From the NCBI GenBank assembly GCA_963845535.1, contig CAWJSK010000008.1, positions 1-61,642 of the forward strand: a DNA stretch of 61,642 bases, read 5' to 3'. The stretch comes from an uncultured Spirochaetota bacterium (GTDB lineage Bacteria > Spirochaetota > Spirochaetia > SZUA-6 > Fen-1364). The notes under the pieces are model-generated. The model did not search any database. It was not told the origin of the DNA and saw nothing but the letters and a program-made list of their open reading frames with translations. The translations under genes were made by a program, and so were the position numbers. This document shows positions 59,116 to 61,642 of the stretch, piece after piece (within the stretch, counting starts at the first letter, position 1; each line of letters starts with the position of its first letter).

Positions 59116-61401
59116 CTACTGCTTCTGTTGTGAGTCGACCTGGATGGTCTGCCCAGGGAAGATCAGGTCCGGGTTCTTGATAAGGTTGCGTCCCGCAAGG
59201 TTGCGGTAATTGAACGGGTCTCCAGTCAGGCGCTGGGCAATGTCCCAGAGCGTGTCGCCTTCTTTCACGACATAGGGTGAGCTGCTGAAAGGTTGGGACG
59301 ACGCCGTGGGCGGGGGAACGGGCTGCGCCTGCGCGGGCCGCGCCTGTGCGGGCTGCGGCGCAGGCAGAGGTGCGGCAGGTACGGGTGGCGGGGAAGCGTG
59401 AGGTGCGGGCTGGGGTGCGGCAGGTGCGGGCGCGGCTGCCTGCGGCGCAGCGACGCTGTGCACCACGGCCTGGGCTGCCGAAGGGGAGCGCGCAAGGCCG
59501 AGAATGTAAAGGCCGTAGACAACACCCAGCAGGAAAAGCACGCTGGCTGCAAAGGCAAGAACCATTCGCCTGCCGCGATGGGCAGGCTCCTCCACCACCA
59601 CCTGCTTGCGGACGTGCACCTCCTCCACGAAAAGCTCTTCCTCCATGGCGGCAAGGTTCTCAGGCGCCGCGGCGGCAGGAGGAGGAGGAACGGTGGAAGG
59701 AGGCGGCGCGGACTTGGCCGCGCTCGGCTCAAGCTCGGGTACTTCTATCTGATCCTCGTCGATGAATACTGGAGTCTCTTCGGCTTGCCGCGGGTCGGGC
59801 TCGGTGATTGGCGGAGCAGAGGCAGCCGGCTCCGAACGAGAGGGTTCCTCCTCAATCGCGGCCGGGGATGGGGGGACCGCTTCGGCCTCGTTGGCCGTTG
59901 TCGGCGCTTCGTGAGCCATGGGGGCCGTCTCGGGGATTGGCTCGACTTGCGCTTCTGGCATCGTCTCTATCGGCGAAAGGGGCAAGAGCAGCTCCGCTGC
60001 GCGCGATTCATCGAAATGGAGGGCGAGCGCGTGGACGTTGAGGATGAGCCGTATGCCGTCTCCCTCGGTGTAGCAGCCGTAGACAACCGGATACGGAAGG
60101 CGGACGGGCACATCCCGCTGGACTCCGGGCTTGAGAAGCCGAGGCTCGGGTTCCTTTTCGGACAGGACGAGCGCCTTGAAGTTGCCATTTGAAACACGGA
60201 TCATGCGCCACGCCGTCGTTGCGTTGGAGCTCTCACCAAGGAGGCGCGAAAGATCGAGCACGGGCAGAAGCTCTTCTTCCAACATTCCCACGCCGACCAC
60301 AATCCCCGGTGCAAAAGGGAGGGGATAAACGGAAGTGCAGGGGATTGTCATCGAAGCTTCGGTCTTGGGGATAGCGAGCCGTCTCCCCAGGACCGGAATC
60401 TCCAGGACCTCGGTGTCCGCGTTCCCGAAAACCGATGGGAAGCTTGATTCAGGGACATAGCGCTCGTTGGCTTCATTCTGTTCGTCCGCGCCATCAGCGG
60501 CCGAAAGGAGGGCGGTCAGGTCGATGATTGCAGCCGCCTGATTCCCATGGATTGCCACGCAGCGTGACCACGCCGTTTGGCAGATGAACGGCAAGTCCTT
60601 CACAACTGCGTCCGAAGCCGTCCATTCTCCGCGGTTACCGTCGACAAGGAGGCCAAATCCGGCGCTGCCGAACCTTGCCTCCAGCACGAGAGGGTGCTCG
60701 CCGAGCTCGCGCCGGCAGATTCGTCGGGCAAGGTCAATGACGGGCACAAGCTTGTCGTCGAGGATCGTGATCCCATCCACGTCTGGAGGAAGCAGCGGGA
60801 ATCTCGATATCGTGCAGCCGTCGAACTGATCCGATAATCCCCCTGCGGCAAGCGCCAGGAGGCTCTTGCCTGCATCGACTATCCGAAAACCGGTTGATGA
60901 TGACTCCTCAGGCACCGGCCGGTTCTTGATTGCCGGTGAATCCACCTTCGGAGCGCTGCCTCCCTCCATGATCTGGTCGAACAAGGGACGCACCGCCACC
61001 ATGGGAACGAGTGTTCCATCCAGCCACAGGAAGTTCTCGATGAATGGAATGAACAGGTAATCGGGCAAGGGAATGACGGCCTCGGGTTCGACCTCTCGGG
61101 AGGCGAGGTGCGGGCCGGCAAGGAAACCTCTGAGCTGTCCCTGTTCGGACATCACGAGCGCGCTTGCGCCGCTGGTCCTGTCAGGCGGATGACCGAGGCA
61201 TGGCCCAAGGTCCGCAAGGGTCATGGTGTGGTCCCCCGCGACCGCGAGCACGGTAACGCTGGTCCTCAGGAAAGGCAGGCGATGGACTGCTCCCACTTTT
61301 TCAACGGAGCTGACCTGGTTTTTCCAGACACCGTAGCGATGGCCGTCTATCGTAAAGAGTAGCGCTTCCATCTTCTGTGCCGGCTCGGGTGACAGTCCCA
61401 A
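59116..61401 (-). CDS. 3x CheW-like domain + acidic Pro-rich linker + single TM + LysM protein (start may be 61371)
   Basis: Three CheW-like units (e.g. VYPLPFAPGIVVGVGMLEEELLPVLDLSRLLG); TM MVLAFAASVLFLLGVVYGLYILGLA; YVVKEGDTLWDIA...IKNPDLIFPGQTI. Confidence 0.88.
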   Translation of the reverse strand: MGLSPEPAQKMEALLFTIDGHRYGVWKNQVSSVEKVGAVHRLPFLRTSVTVLAVAGDHTMTLADLGPCLGHPPDRTSGASALVMSEQGQLRGFLAGPHLASREVEPEAVIPLPDYLFIPFIENFLWLDGTLVPMVAVRPLFDQIMEGGSAPKVDSPAIKNRPVPEESSSTGFRIVDAGKSLLALAAGGLSDQFDGCTISRFPLLPPDVDGITILDDKLVPVIDLARRICRRELGEHPLVLEARFGSAGFGLLVDGNRGEWTASDAVVKDLPFICQTAWSRCVAIHGNQAAAIIDLTALLSAADGADEQNEANERYVPESSFPSVFGNADTEVLEIPVLGRRLAIPKTEASMTIPCTSVYPLPFAPGIVVGVGMLEEELLPVLDLSRLLGESSNATTAWRMIRVSNGNFKALVLSEKEPEPRLLKPGVQRDVPVRLPYPVVYGCYTEGDGIRLILNVHALALHFDESRAAELLLPLSPIETMPEAQVEPIPETAPMAHEAPTTANEAEAVPPSPAAIEEEPSRSEPAASAPPITEPDPRQAEETPVFIDEDQIEVPELEPSAAKSAPPPSTVPPPPAAAAPENLAAMEEELFVEEVHVRKQVVVEEPAHRGRRMVLAFAASVLFLLGVVYGLYILGLARSPSAAQAVVHSVAAPQAAAPAPAAPQPAPHASPPPVPAAPLPAPQPAQARPAQAQPVPPPTASSQPFSSSPYVVKEGDTLWDIAQRLTGDPFNYRNLAGRNLIKNPDLIFPGQTIQVDSQQKQ

Positions 61402-61462
61402 CGCGCCGAACCGCCGTGGGGTGTCGCCAACGACAAAGAGTATCCCATTTGTCGGGTTTCTC

Positions 61463-61531
61463 CAACAGCTCCGCGGTCCACAGCAGCCCCGCGGTTCACA
61501 ACAGCTCCGCGGTCCAGCAGCCCCGCGGTCC
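61463..61531. repeat. About 4 x 18-bp tandem repeat CA(A/G)CAGC(T/C)CCGCGGT(C/T)CA
   Basis: Copies at 61463, 61481, 61499 and about 61515, alternating A/B variants. Confidence 0.85.
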
Positions 61532-61642
61532 TTGACTCCAGCAATTCCAAATTTCCGATGGCTTGAAGATTTCCCGAGGATTAGGGAAAACTACATAACA
61601 GGCGTCTGATATGAAGTGACCTGTCAAGCCCACGCTCTTTTT

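Noticed and set aside
61463..61531. CRISPR array
   Set aside because: Contiguous repeats with no spacers and no cas genes

Overview
GC-rich bacterial chromosome segment, most likely from a free-living Spirochaetota (inferred from a DUF2259-like secreted protein, an archaeal-type ProRS and the nif3-lspA gene order). Core genes: tRNA-Val(CAC), tRNA-Ala(GGC), aroF, proS, purL/purQ, lspA and an acyl-CoA dehydrogenase-EtfBA operon. Accessory blocks: a frameshift-riddled ABC exporter locus next to the tRNA-Val 3' end, a family of exported 34-aa ankyrin-repeat proteins, a patchwork of gene remnants (27.6-29.7 kb), and a GH1/ABC/YesMN sugar locus. The best candidates for new biology are in the last 15 kb. 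(1) An AT-richer island (47.3-56.3 kb) holds a STAND-NTPase/histidine-kinase hybrid and a sigma54 activator. They sit above a tandem series of homologous cassettes: [decayed 3' end of an activator gene whose last codons contain a palindromic enhancer] + [-24/-12 promoter] + [different exported cargo gene]. (2) A triple-CheW/TM/LysM protein looks like a one-polypeptide cell-wall anchor for chemosensory arrays. Several single-base frameshifts are probably long-read sequencing errors.
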